In this document: positions 37,909 through 46,640 of the stretch, piece after piece
How the letters are laid out: every line of letters begins with the position of its first letter
How positions within the stretch are numbered: position 1 is the first letter of the stretch
DNA from: a virus
IMG/VR virus record: IMGVR_UViG_3300025413_001393
Location: 1 to 64,000 of that record
DNA length: 64,000 nt
Direction: 5' to 3' (one strand)
Program-made: the position numbers and the translations under genes
The notes under the pieces: generated by a model
What the model saw: only the letters and a program-made list of their open reading frames with translations
Told to the model about the DNA's origin: nothing
Database searches by the model: none

Positions 37909-39093
37909 CTAAATTATTGCAGGACGTGAAAATACTTGAATACCAGAAAGATAAGGAACTTGATATGGTACAAATGACGCAAAATGGGACGAAGACGAAA
38001 GATATGGATTATATGTATTGATTTTTACATTCTCAGTAAGAAGACCGTATCCAGCTGGTCCTTCAATAATGACATCAATTAAACCAGGAGTTTGAATCGA
38101 AGGCATTACAAACGTAGTCAAGTTGTCGTTATTTGATTGCCATAGTGAAGGATCAATACGATAAGCAAAGAACGGAGGATAGTCTGCTGAAAGAGAAGGA
38201 ATAGCTGAAAACGGATTTTGAACAGTTGAAGCATAATGTACAGGACCACCGGATACATAAACGTTTTGTATTTTAGTCATTCCTGAACCATAAACATTAA
38301 ATTGTTGCAATTTTCCAACGTTCGTAAAATAAGGCTCAACTATCGAAGGACCTGGAGGAACTCCTTTTACTTGTTTATAGTCTGAATGATCCGTATCGAC
38401 TTGATATGCCGGATCAAGAAGATATTGTGGAGGCATTCCAGTGTATTCTGTAGAATAGTTTGTGTGGATAGTATAGATTGTTCCAATGCTTTCTGTTGGA
38501 GGAGCTTGGAACATCCAGCCTTTGAATGTAAAAGAAAGGTCTGCAACAACTTTAGCTACTTGTGTTGAAGAGATATCCATAGGATAACTCATTGCAACGT
38601 TGCCATCCCAGAATATACTAGAGCGTATTTCAAAATTTGGTCTAGCAGGTGTTGTCCAAGATACTGAAAAATACGGATTAACGTAAGGAATAATATGAGA
38701 TATGATTTGATCCATATCTTTTTGATATCTTGTAGCTACTGTTACTTTAAGATTTAAATCAATAGGAAGAGGAGTCTGCTCGTTTGATACAGAGCCACCT
38801 CCAACACTATTATATGTTCCAAGAAGTTTATTAAAGACTCTATTTGTATCTCTACTAATACCTCCAATATATACAGCAACAACAGGTAGTTGGAGATTCT
38901 GATCTTTATCCAAAAGGTCTGCCATCACTCTTTGCTTTGGAGCATACAGAACTCTTGTCTGTATTTGATCCTGAGCTTGTTTATTTTCGTTAAAACGCTT
39001 TACAACAATGTCCGAAATAGCGTTCAAAAAAACAGTAACCATCGTCTCAACCTCAAAATCATAGGTATAAACTCCTGGTATAATATTACTCAT
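37909..39093 (-). CDS. gp15: Tail sheath stabiliser/completion protein (T4 gp15) with C-terminal extension
   Basis: YDFEVETMVTVFLNAISDI, LYAPKQR, LPVVAV, DMDQIISHIIPYVNP, LSFTFKGWMF. Confidence 0.8.
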   Translation of the reverse strand: MSNIIPGVYTYDFEVETMVTVFLNAISDIVVKRFNENKQAQDQIQTRVLYAPKQRVMADLLDKDQNLQLPVVAVYIGGISRDTNRVFNKLLGTYNSVGGGSVSNEQTPLPIDLNLKVTVATRYQKDMDQIISHIIPYVNPYFSVSWTTPARPNFEIRSSIFWDGNVAMSYPMDISSTQVAKVVADLSFTFKGWMFQAPPTESIGTIYTIHTNYSTEYTGMPPQYLLDPAYQVDTDHSDYKQVKGVPPGPSIVEPYFTNVGKLQQFNVYGSGMTKIQNVYVSGGPVHYASTVQNPFSAIPSLSADYPPFFAYRIDPSLWQSNNDNLTTFVMPSIQTPGLIDVIIEGPAGYGLLTENVKINTYNPYLSSSSHFASFVPYQVPYLSGIQVFSRPAII

Positions 39094-39162
39094 ATATTGT
39101 ATTTAATGAAAAAACCCAAGCATTACACTTGGGTCCTTTCTAATTTAAATGTTGTGTTTAGA

Positions 39163-40062
39163 TTAAACACCCCAAGCATCGAGATCTTCTGCGTCGTTTC
39201 CACCTAGTTCTCCGAGATCTTCAGGATTAATTGTTTCAATCTCTCCTGTACCGCCTTTTTCGAAATCTTCTTCGTTTGGTTCAGATGCAACTTTTACTTC
39301 AGGAACGAGAATACCTTTAGAAACAAAACTTGAAAGTATGCCGTCTACTTCTGAATCAGCAATGCCACCTCTCTTTACTAAGCCTCTAAGAGCCATCTTG
39401 AAATCCCGACCAGTATATTCTCCAACGGTACCTACTTCGTCAACTAGCGCATTGTAAGCTTCTTGTTGCGAATCGCTTAAAGAACCTTTAGCGTATTCAG
39501 AAGAAAGAGTGTATTCTTTATTAAGAGAAAATTCTTCAGCGGAAGCTGAACGAGCTGGCTTATGAGCTTTTGTTTCAATTCTTGCTTTTTGTCCCTCAGG
39601 TGTTGCAATTTCAGCAACTTTCTTCTTGAGAGCTGCACTAATTTCCTTCTGTGTAACTGGTTGTTCGTTCTGCATTGCGTTTGCAGCAACTTCAAACGTC
39701 ACACTACCAAGCAGTTCTTTGTTTGTCAAACGATCAGCAAGGAACTTTTGTGCCCATCCGCTCTTTTTCATTTCGGCTTCAATAGCCTTAAGCGTTTCTG
39801 CCTTGAGCTCTTCTTTTGTGTTAATGTAGGGATTGTGAGTATTATTGTTGTCAGGAAGAACACGATGAACAACCTTTCTGACAAAATCTGCCATAGCTGC
39901 TTCATCCCCCATCTTTACAACTGGTGTCCAGTGTCCTTTTCCAGATGCCTTAGCTGTTTGAACTGCCTTTGTTACGATTTCCTCTGGATTTTCATGAGAA
40001 ATAGGAGCTTCGTCTAAACGGCTCAAAACGGACTCGAGTAATGTATCAAAATTCTTTGTCAT
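39163..40062 (-). CDS. Hypothetical late protein, possible internal head protein
   Basis: GATAAATA upstream; N-terminus MTKNFDTLLESVLSRLDE; acidic tail. Confidence 0.55.
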   Translation of the reverse strand: MTKNFDTLLESVLSRLDEAPISHENPEEIVTKAVQTAKASGKGHWTPVVKMGDEAAMADFVRKVVHRVLPDNNNTHNPYINTKEELKAETLKAIEAEMKKSGWAQKFLADRLTNKELLGSVTFEVAANAMQNEQPVTQKEISAALKKKVAEIATPEGQKARIETKAHKPARSASAEEFSLNKEYTLSSEYAKGSLSDSQQEAYNALVDEVGTVGEYTGRDFKMALRGLVKRGGIADSEVDGILSSFVSKGILVPEVKVASEPNEEDFEKGGTGEIETINPEDLGELGGNDAEDLDAWGV

Positions 40063-40095
40063 ATATTGGTTTATTTATCAAACTACACTATAAAT

Positions 40096-40461
40096 TTAAA
40101 CTTCTTTAGTATGATCTTCAAGAAGCTTGTCATGCCATATTTTAGCATCTTCAACAGAATTGGGGTTGATATTTTTATAATTTCCAAGGTGACCAACTAG
40201 TAAGTGACATATAATGCCGTAGCTGGCGCTTTCACAAAGAGTCATTAGATTAGAAGGCTCGAGTTCAAGTTCTGGATGAAGATGAAATGGCTTAATATGA
40301 TGTACGTTGAGTTGCTTTGTATCTCCGCATATGACACATTTTGGATTATTCTTAAGATGTTCTTTACGAACTTTTGCCCATTGCGGCGAACGTTGAGGTC
40401 CATCTACTGGTGTTTTGCCTTGAGCAATATCGTTGGTGTGTTTTAAGCGGGTGGAAGCCAT
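40096..40461 (-). CDS. HNH endonuclease
   Basis: CVICG...NVHHIKP...SNLMTLC...CHLLVGH. Confidence 0.85.
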   Translation of the reverse strand: MASTRLKHTNDIAQGKTPVDGPQRSPQWAKVRKEHLKNNPKCVICGDTKQLNVHHIKPFHLHPELELEPSNLMTLCESASYGIICHLLVGHLGNYKNINPNSVEDAKIWHDKLLEDHTKEV

Positions 40462-40497
40462 AGTAATACTTAGTTAAATTAGATAAATAACACTGAT

Positions 40498-43320
40498 ATG
40501 TTAGATTACAGCTTCGAAAACGTTTACAAATTTAATACTCTCTTAGAGCAAAAAGCTGAATCCGAGGGTCCAAAAGCTAAGTTAACGTATGCTGAAGATT
40601 TGATTCTCGAAAGAGGTAAAGATGGTATCAAGTATTTTAACGAACAAATACTCGAATTATTAAAGAACTTTCAAGGTCTGGAAACAGATCAAATGGTTAA
40701 CGCCAAAGTAGATGGTTCTCCAGGTATTCTTTTTGGTGCTGATCCAAGACCTCAATATCAAGGTCAGTTCTTTATAGGAGTCAATCGTGCTATTATTGGA
40801 GCTAAGAATCCTAAAGCTGTTCACGACGAGCACGATCTTAACACATTAATAACAAACGAAGGTTTAAGACACGTTATATCCAACCTTCTTCCGTATCTTA
40901 AGAATCTTTGTGCTGGTACTAATTTTATTTATCAAGCAGATGTATTGTTCTCCAGTCCCGAACAAAAGAAAGAAGAAGTAATTGATGGAGAACAATGTTT
41001 AACGTTTACTCCAAACATGCTAACGTATGCTGTTCCTGTTGAAAGTAGATCACAGCTTTATAAAAAATTAAAGTTTGCAAAGATTGGAATTGTAGTTCAT
41101 GATAAGTGCACAGGAAAGACTGATGAAAGCGGTCAGCAAATTATACCATCCTCAGTCGGTAAACAGTATCCTGAACTGCTAAACGCTGCAGCAAAGTCAA
41201 AAGATGTATTTGTTGATGGCAGTAGACACGAGTCCGTTCAAATGGATATCGATGAACAGAGTATTGCTAATCTAAATGCTAAACTTCAAAAGATAAATTC
41301 CATAGCAAGTTCAATTGGAGACGATTTTAATACTGAGTGGATTACTAACAAGCCAATTCAAAGCAAATATCAAACATTTGTAGGGCGTCATGTAACAAGA
41401 GATGATGGTGGTATTTTTGAGCTTTCAAAACAAAAAGCTAAACCAAACTTTAGTAAGATAGTTGATGAACTCAACAAGCAAGTATTAGAAGAGTACAAAT
41501 CTGCTTCAAAAAAAGAATCAGTCTCTGCTTGGTTAAACATTAATCACGATAATCTCGAAAAAATGTTAGAAGTATTCTTCAATATTAGAAATATTGTAGA
41601 TGATGTTCTTGATCTTCTATATACAATGGAATCTAAGCTTGGTAAAACTTTTGTAAAACTTCCAGATGGTACGTATCAACCAAGTCGTGGAGAAGGTTTT
41701 GTTCTATTCAAGCATCAAAACCACGTTAAGTTTATTGATCGTTTAGACTTCACAAGAAGTGCAAAACTTTATAGCAAATACAATATGCCAGCTAGTGTTG
41801 ATGAGAGTTTAATCTTAGAAAGCCAGCATGTTTTTCACAACTTAAAGCGAATCTTACAAAAAGATGTTAATCCAACTATTCAATGGCTAGAACAACTTAC
41901 AGGTTTGCAATTCGTTGAAACAAACAACATTCTAGGAACAACAGGAAAGAAAGAATCTAGCGGAGATTTGGATCTTGGTATTAATGCAAACGATCATACA
42001 AAGGAAGAGCTCGTCGCAAAGCTTCAAGCTTGGTGTGAAAAGAATAATATACCTCATGATAAAATCTTTAATACAAGAGAAAGAAAAGATAAGAAAACAA
42101 AAGAACCTATTCCTGCATTCAAGGATGGTTGGATTGATAAGACAGGAACAAGTGTACATTTCAAAGCTCCAATCAACGGAGACGTTTCAAACGGATTTGT
42201 TCAAACAGATTTTATGTTCCTTCCTGATTTAGAGTGGTCAAGATTTGCTCTTCAAGGAAGTCCGCATGAAGTTTCAGCTTTTAAAGGAGAAGACAAACAC
42301 GAGCTGCTTAAGAAATTAGCTAAAGTAGCCGATCCAAATTTAGTAATGTCATGGAGTCATCTTAGTGGATTATTAAATTCGGAAACAAGAGAAGTCATAT
42401 CAAATAAACCGGACGAAGTAGCTGAAAAAATTCTTGGAAACGGAGCAAAAGCAAACGATATTACTTCAGTAGAAAATATACTAGCTTTTATTAAAGCCCA
42501 TCATTTGCAACAAAAATTTGCGCCAGCAATAGATGAGTATAAAGCTCAATTCAATAAACAAAACGAAATTGAGGCGTTGCTAAGAGAATCGGCTTTTTCC
42601 TTCAAGCGCTTTTTTGTTGAGCAAGCAAGTGTTGCTGAAATAGGCTTCTTTCCTGGAGCGTTTAAACCTCTTCATACAGGACATATAAAGGCAATAAACG
42701 ATGCAGCTAAACAAGTTAAAGGACCGTTGTTTGTAGTATTATCAAAAAATTCAAGAGAATCAGAAGGAGGTATGGAGTTTACTCTAGAGCAAACTTTAGA
42801 ATTGTTTAAATTATACAAACAATTTTTACCAGAAAAAGTTCATATATCAGTTGCTGATAAAACTCCTCCACTTACAGTCATGCAATGCCTTGTTATTATG
42901 AACAACGAAGGCAAATATGTACTCGGTAAGACTCCAAAAAATTGGGATCCTAATGTACCTTTGCCTGATCCAGAAACACTCGTTGAGCCATCAACAAAAG
43001 AAGTAATGAAATATGTACCACAAGCTTCAAGTTATGTTGTAAAACTCGCTGTTGGAAATACACCAGAAGATCAAAAAAGATATACTGATATTTTCAAAGG
43101 GGATCGTTATCAAGGCAAGGGAGCAAAAGCTGAAGTAATACAAACACTTAAAGGATGGAGTGCTACAATTCTTCGTAATGGCTTAGAAAACCTTAACAAG
43201 GAAGTACTTGAAGAGTACATTCCTTTTAAGAGTAATACAGAAGAATTCAAAAGAGCTCTAACAATACTCTACGGCAACAATCCTAAACTAAAACAAGCTT
43301 TGCAGTTGTTTAACAATTAG
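40498..43320 (+). CDS. Three-domain nucleotidyltransferase: DUF6267 (ligase-like) + Pol-beta-type NTase + HxGH cytidylyltransferase-like
   Basis: KVDG (K70), YQADVLF, EGFVL (E399), VKFIDR; GTTGKKESSGDLD (D490/D492), VQTD (D571); FFPGAFKPLHTGH (H726/H729), SATILR. GATAAATA at 40482-40489. Confidence 0.75.
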   Translation: MLDYSFENVYKFNTLLEQKAESEGPKAKLTYAEDLILERGKDGIKYFNEQILELLKNFQGLETDQMVNAKVDGSPGILFGADPRPQYQGQFFIGVNRAIIGAKNPKAVHDEHDLNTLITNEGLRHVISNLLPYLKNLCAGTNFIYQADVLFSSPEQKKEEVIDGEQCLTFTPNMLTYAVPVESRSQLYKKLKFAKIGIVVHDKCTGKTDESGQQIIPSSVGKQYPELLNAAAKSKDVFVDGSRHESVQMDIDEQSIANLNAKLQKINSIASSIGDDFNTEWITNKPIQSKYQTFVGRHVTRDDGGIFELSKQKAKPNFSKIVDELNKQVLEEYKSASKKESVSAWLNINHDNLEKMLEVFFNIRNIVDDVLDLLYTMESKLGKTFVKLPDGTYQPSRGEGFVLFKHQNHVKFIDRLDFTRSAKLYSKYNMPASVDESLILESQHVFHNLKRILQKDVNPTIQWLEQLTGLQFVETNNILGTTGKKESSGDLDLGINANDHTKEELVAKLQAWCEKNNIPHDKIFNTRERKDKKTKEPIPAFKDGWIDKTGTSVHFKAPINGDVSNGFVQTDFMFLPDLEWSRFALQGSPHEVSAFKGEDKHELLKKLAKVADPNLVMSWSHLSGLLNSETREVISNKPDEVAEKILGNGAKANDITSVENILAFIKAHHLQQKFAPAIDEYKAQFNKQNEIEALLRESAFSFKRFFVEQASVAEIGFFPGAFKPLHTGHIKAINDAAKQVKGPLFVVLSKNSRESEGGMEFTLEQTLELFKLYKQFLPEKVHISVADKTPPLTVMQCLVIMNNEGKYVLGKTPKNWDPNVPLPDPETLVEPSTKEVMKYVPQASSYVVKLAVGNTPEDQKRYTDIFKGDRYQGKGAKAEVIQTLKGWSATILRNGLENLNKEVLEEYIPFKSNTEEFKRALTILYGNNPKLKQALQLFNN

Positions 43321-44861
43321 TTTGTGTAGTTTATATGAGAGGCTCCACCGTGCTCTGAGCCTACTGCCATGTCCAATTCCAGATTAGAAGTTTTGTAGAA
43401 CAAATCAGTCAAATAACTTATTGATTTGTCTTTTACAAACAACGGCATAGCGTTTTTAGTGCTATCGTTTATCGTCAAAAAGTGAGTAAAATTAGCAGCC
43501 TTAGCATATGAATACATACTAACAGCAAACACTAGCGCCTTTAAAGCTCTTTCGTCTTTCTGTAAAAGTTTATTAAAATATAAGTTGTTACTAGCAGTAA
43601 GAACTTCATTAAGACCGTTAGTTATCTCTTGACCGTTTTCTTCATAATTTCTAAACGAAGTTAGAGCTTCAACGGCTTGCTCAATTGTTAAAGAAGGATT
43701 TTCTAAAAAGAAATGTAGAGCTGCATGTTTAAAGCTCAGTGTACCAATGTCTTTGCCACTATAAAACGAGGATTCATGTTTGTTTAAATCAGCAATAGTT
43801 TGCTTAATAATAGCTTTGAATCTATCTACAAACTCACGTAAATTTTTTGTCTCATCTGGTGTTGGTTTGCTGGTGTTTTCGTTTTCTAATTTATAAATGT
43901 AGTTATTGTTTTGGAAAAAACTAATAGCATTCATTCGAGCTTGAGGTAAAACAGCTTGAGATTTTTGAACAAGAAGAGTAGCTACATCTTTAGGATTTTT
44001 TGTATTTAAATCAAACGGAACTAATAACTCATTTAATTTTGTTACATATGAACTTGACAATATAGATTGAACTGGAGTAAGAATTTCTTTTATTCTATCA
44101 ATAAAATCCTTTTCTCTTGCTTGAAGAGAACGCTTAGAGAGCTGACCTCCACCCTTTGTTGCAAGGGTTTGCATCGTTTTAACAGCATTTTCTGCAGCAA
44201 AAGGAGCTTTACCGATACGGCCTCCTGTACCTTTAACCTCAACAAATACCGAATCCCCAAACGTAAGATCCCCAACTTTTGCTTTTTTACCATTAGTAAG
44301 CAAACTCAGAGCAATCTCTCCTCTGCCTATACTAGCAAGGCCGGTTTTAGCATCAGCCCAATTAAACAAATCTTCAAATAACTCGCTTACGCCAGATATC
44401 TGTTTTAAGCTATTAATTGTAGTTTCTTTGATGTTGAAAGGTTTTCCTCCATTCAAAGCCGTTTCTACTGCATTTAATTTTTCTTTATTGCTAACAATAT
44501 AATCAATATCTGTGTTTAATATGCCATGATCAGCAAATTTAACAGCTAGTGCTTCTTGACTTAAATTTGTCCAGCCAGAAGATTTGACTAAATTTTGAAT
44601 ACTAGGACCTAAAGCTTCTGAAGCAATTACACTTTTAACTCTGCGTAATGTTTTTTCATCAGTAATTACACCGAGTGGCTTAAGACCATTATACTTTGGC
44701 TGTCCAGTACCGGTGTTCATATCCATAGCATAAAAACCAGTATTTTCAAGTATAACACTATAAGCTTCGTTTAAGGTTCTTGGCTTAAAGTCTTTCTTTT
44801 CAATTTCTCTGCCTTGAAGCATCTGCTCGTAGAGCTTTTTTAGTCTATAATCTTCACTCAT
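43317..44861 (-). CDS. Protein with restriction-endonuclease-like PD-(D/E)XK domain
   Basis: IGRGEIAL...VGDL...FVEVKGTGGR. Confidence 0.6.
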   Translation of the reverse strand: MSEDYRLKKLYEQMLQGREIEKKDFKPRTLNEAYSVILENTGFYAMDMNTGTGQPKYNGLKPLGVITDEKTLRRVKSVIASEALGPSIQNLVKSSGWTNLSQEALAVKFADHGILNTDIDYIVSNKEKLNAVETALNGGKPFNIKETTINSLKQISGVSELFEDLFNWADAKTGLASIGRGEIALSLLTNGKKAKVGDLTFGDSVFVEVKGTGGRIGKAPFAAENAVKTMQTLATKGGGQLSKRSLQAREKDFIDRIKEILTPVQSILSSSYVTKLNELLVPFDLNTKNPKDVATLLVQKSQAVLPQARMNAISFFQNNNYIYKLENENTSKPTPDETKNLREFVDRFKAIIKQTIADLNKHESSFYSGKDIGTLSFKHAALHFFLENPSLTIEQAVEALTSFRNYEENGQEITNGLNEVLTASNNLYFNKLLQKDERALKALVFAVSMYSYAKAANFTHFLTINDSTKNAMPLFVKDKSISYLTDLFYKTSNLELDMAVGSEHGGASHINYTN

Positions 44862-44875
44862 TGTTGTTTATCTAA

Positions 44876-45139
44876 TTAATCTTCTTTATCATTTTCTCCA
44901 TCTTTAAGTTTGTCATCATCGTCATCATACATAACGATGTCAACTCTAGCTTCAGGTGGAATAGGAATACCCAGAGCCCATAAAAACCTCTGAAAAGTTT
45001 CTAAAAGAACTTCAACAGACGTCTCTTCTCCGTCTATAGATATTTCAATGTTTTGGTGGTGTTCAGGAGAAGTATAGGTAAATTTTACTCTTGCATCTTC
45101 TTCAAACTTAGTTTTAGACAGGTCAAACAATGGACGCAT
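44876..45139 (-). CDS. Hypothetical acidic protein
   Basis: Start at MRPLFDL (45139), 5 nt after AATAAGTA (45145-45152). The ORF-track extension overlaps phoH. Confidence 0.6.
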   Translation of the reverse strand: MRPLFDLSKTKFEEDARVKFTYTSPEHHQNIEISIDGEETSVEVLLETFQRFLWALGIPIPPEARVDIVMYDDDDDKLKDGENDKED

Positions 45140-45217
45140 ATAGATACTTATTGTAATTTGATAAGTAATATATAGATGACAATTCAGGCATCTGCAATTT
45201 TGAATCAGCATTTTAAC

Positions 45218-45244
45218 AAGCAACCTTCGCCGGTTGCTTTTTTT
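45218..45244 (+). terminator. Terminator-like hairpin immediately upstream of phoH
   Basis: AAGCAACC-TTCGCC-GGTTGCTT then TTTTT, ending 8 nt before the phoH ATG. Confidence 0.65.
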
Positions 45245-45252
45245 ATTTTCCC

Positions 45253-46068
45253 ATGAAAAAACCAAAAAAACCTAAAACCTCAAAAACTCCAATTGTAAAT
45301 TTGACAACTCAGGAAGCTCCTCCTGTTGATAATTCTCCTAGAGTTCCTCAAAGAGATAAACTACCATATACTTTGTCAATAAGAGGTCTTGAATGGACTC
45401 CAAAACAAAAAGATTTTATTGAGCTTGCTACTCATAAAGACACAAGAGTTGTGTTTTTAAGTGGTCCAGCAGGTACATCTAAAACAGCTCTTGCAGTATA
45501 TTGTGCTTTAACTCTGATGAATGCAAAGAAAGCAAGTGAGTTAATTTATGTAAGATCAGTAGTAGAAAGTGCTTCTACAAGTCTTGGTTCCTTGCCTGGT
45601 GAAGCTCACGATAAATTTAAACCTTTTGCTATGCCACTAGTTGATAAACTCGAAGAGTTTCTTTGCAGTGGAGACATTAAAAAACTCTTTATTGACGAAA
45701 GAGTAAAGCCTATTCCAATCAATTATCTAAGAGGAGCATCTTATAATGCTAACTGTGTTATTGTAGACGAAGCTCAAAACTTAAACAATAAAGAACTCGT
45801 AACAGCTATTACACGTGTTGGTAAGTTTAGTAAATTCTTTATTCTTGGAGATCCGATGCAGACAGATCTTAAGCATAGTGAACAATCTGGATTTAAACCA
45901 ATGTTTGATATTTTTAACGATGAAGATTCAAGAAAGCAAGGCGTCTTTTGTGTACAATTTGGAAAAGAAGATATTATGAGATCCGAACTTCTTAAGTTTA
46001 TTGTTGAGAAGATAGAAAATTATCAAGAAAAAGAAAAAGAGAAAGCTAAATCTTATAGAAAAGATTGA
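45253..46068 (+). CDS. phoH: PhoH-like ATPase
   Basis: GPAGTSKT, RSVVE, LGSLPG...K, INYLRGASY, IVDEAQN, GDPMQTD, DIMRS. Confidence 0.92.
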   Translation: MKKPKKPKTSKTPIVNLTTQEAPPVDNSPRVPQRDKLPYTLSIRGLEWTPKQKDFIELATHKDTRVVFLSGPAGTSKTALAVYCALTLMNAKKASELIYVRSVVESASTSLGSLPGEAHDKFKPFAMPLVDKLEEFLCSGDIKKLFIDERVKPIPINYLRGASYNANCVIVDEAQNLNNKELVTAITRVGKFSKFFILGDPMQTDLKHSEQSGFKPMFDIFNDEDSRKQGVFCVQFGKEDIMRSELLKFIVEKIENYQEKEKEKAKSYRKD

Positions 46069-46071
46069 GTC

Positions 46072-46100
46072 TTGAACTATTCTTAGTTTTATAATAAGAT
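46072..46100 (+). promoter_or_regulatory. Sigma70-like promoter TTGAAC-N17-TAAGAT
   Basis: Ends 6 nt before ATG 46107. Confidence 0.6.
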
Positions 46101-46106
46101 ATAGGT

Positions 46107-46640
46107 ATGGACGAAAATACCTATACGCCCGAACTATCTGCCAATATAAGCTCTTTGGAAGAATCAATGCGTAGTACTATTCAAGCAGTACTATCATCTC
46201 TACAAGAAGTGCAAAATAAAGTTGGTCTTCCACCGGATGTTCCTCATCATCCCTATGAGAGGTTAAAACACGAGCATGTAACTTCAAAAGGAAAAGATTT
46301 TTATTCTCACGAAGATATTGAAGTGGATCCATCTGTAGAACCACATCATTTTAATGATCTTATTAAAGAAATAAGCGATTGCAAACACCAAAGAACTTTG
46401 GATCATATGGATTACATTGCAAATTACGGACATCAATCCCATGAACATGCTGGTAATATGTTTGCTAGCGTTTCAGACAATGATATAACATTGGATACTG
46501 AGCATATAGCTTCGCATATTCAATACGTAGAAATGCTTAAAAATATTCCATTATCTGCAATAGATGCAGATCCAAAAGGAATGGCAACTAAAATTCTCTC
46601 AAAATACGTTGAAACGTATCATCCATCACGGTGGAGTTAA
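46107..46640 (+). CDS. His-rich hypothetical protein
   Basis: 15 His in 177 aa, counted by hand. Confidence 0.6.
   Translation: MDENTYTPELSANISSLEESMRSTIQAVLSSLQEVQNKVGLPPDVPHHPYERLKHEHVTSKGKDFYSHEDIEVDPSVEPHHFNDLIKEISDCKHQRTLDHMDYIANYGHQSHEHAGNMFASVSDNDITLDTEHIASHIQYVEMLKNIPLSAIDADPKGMATKILSKYVETYHPSRWS

Noticed and set aside
45174-45244. preQ1-I riboswitch
   Set aside because: No GUUC-type loop and no A-rich 3' tail; kept only as a generic structured-leader candidate.
44876-45265. 129-aa version of this ORF overlapping phoH
   Set aside because: The N-terminal extension crosses the divergent promoter region; a late box supports the ATG at 45139.
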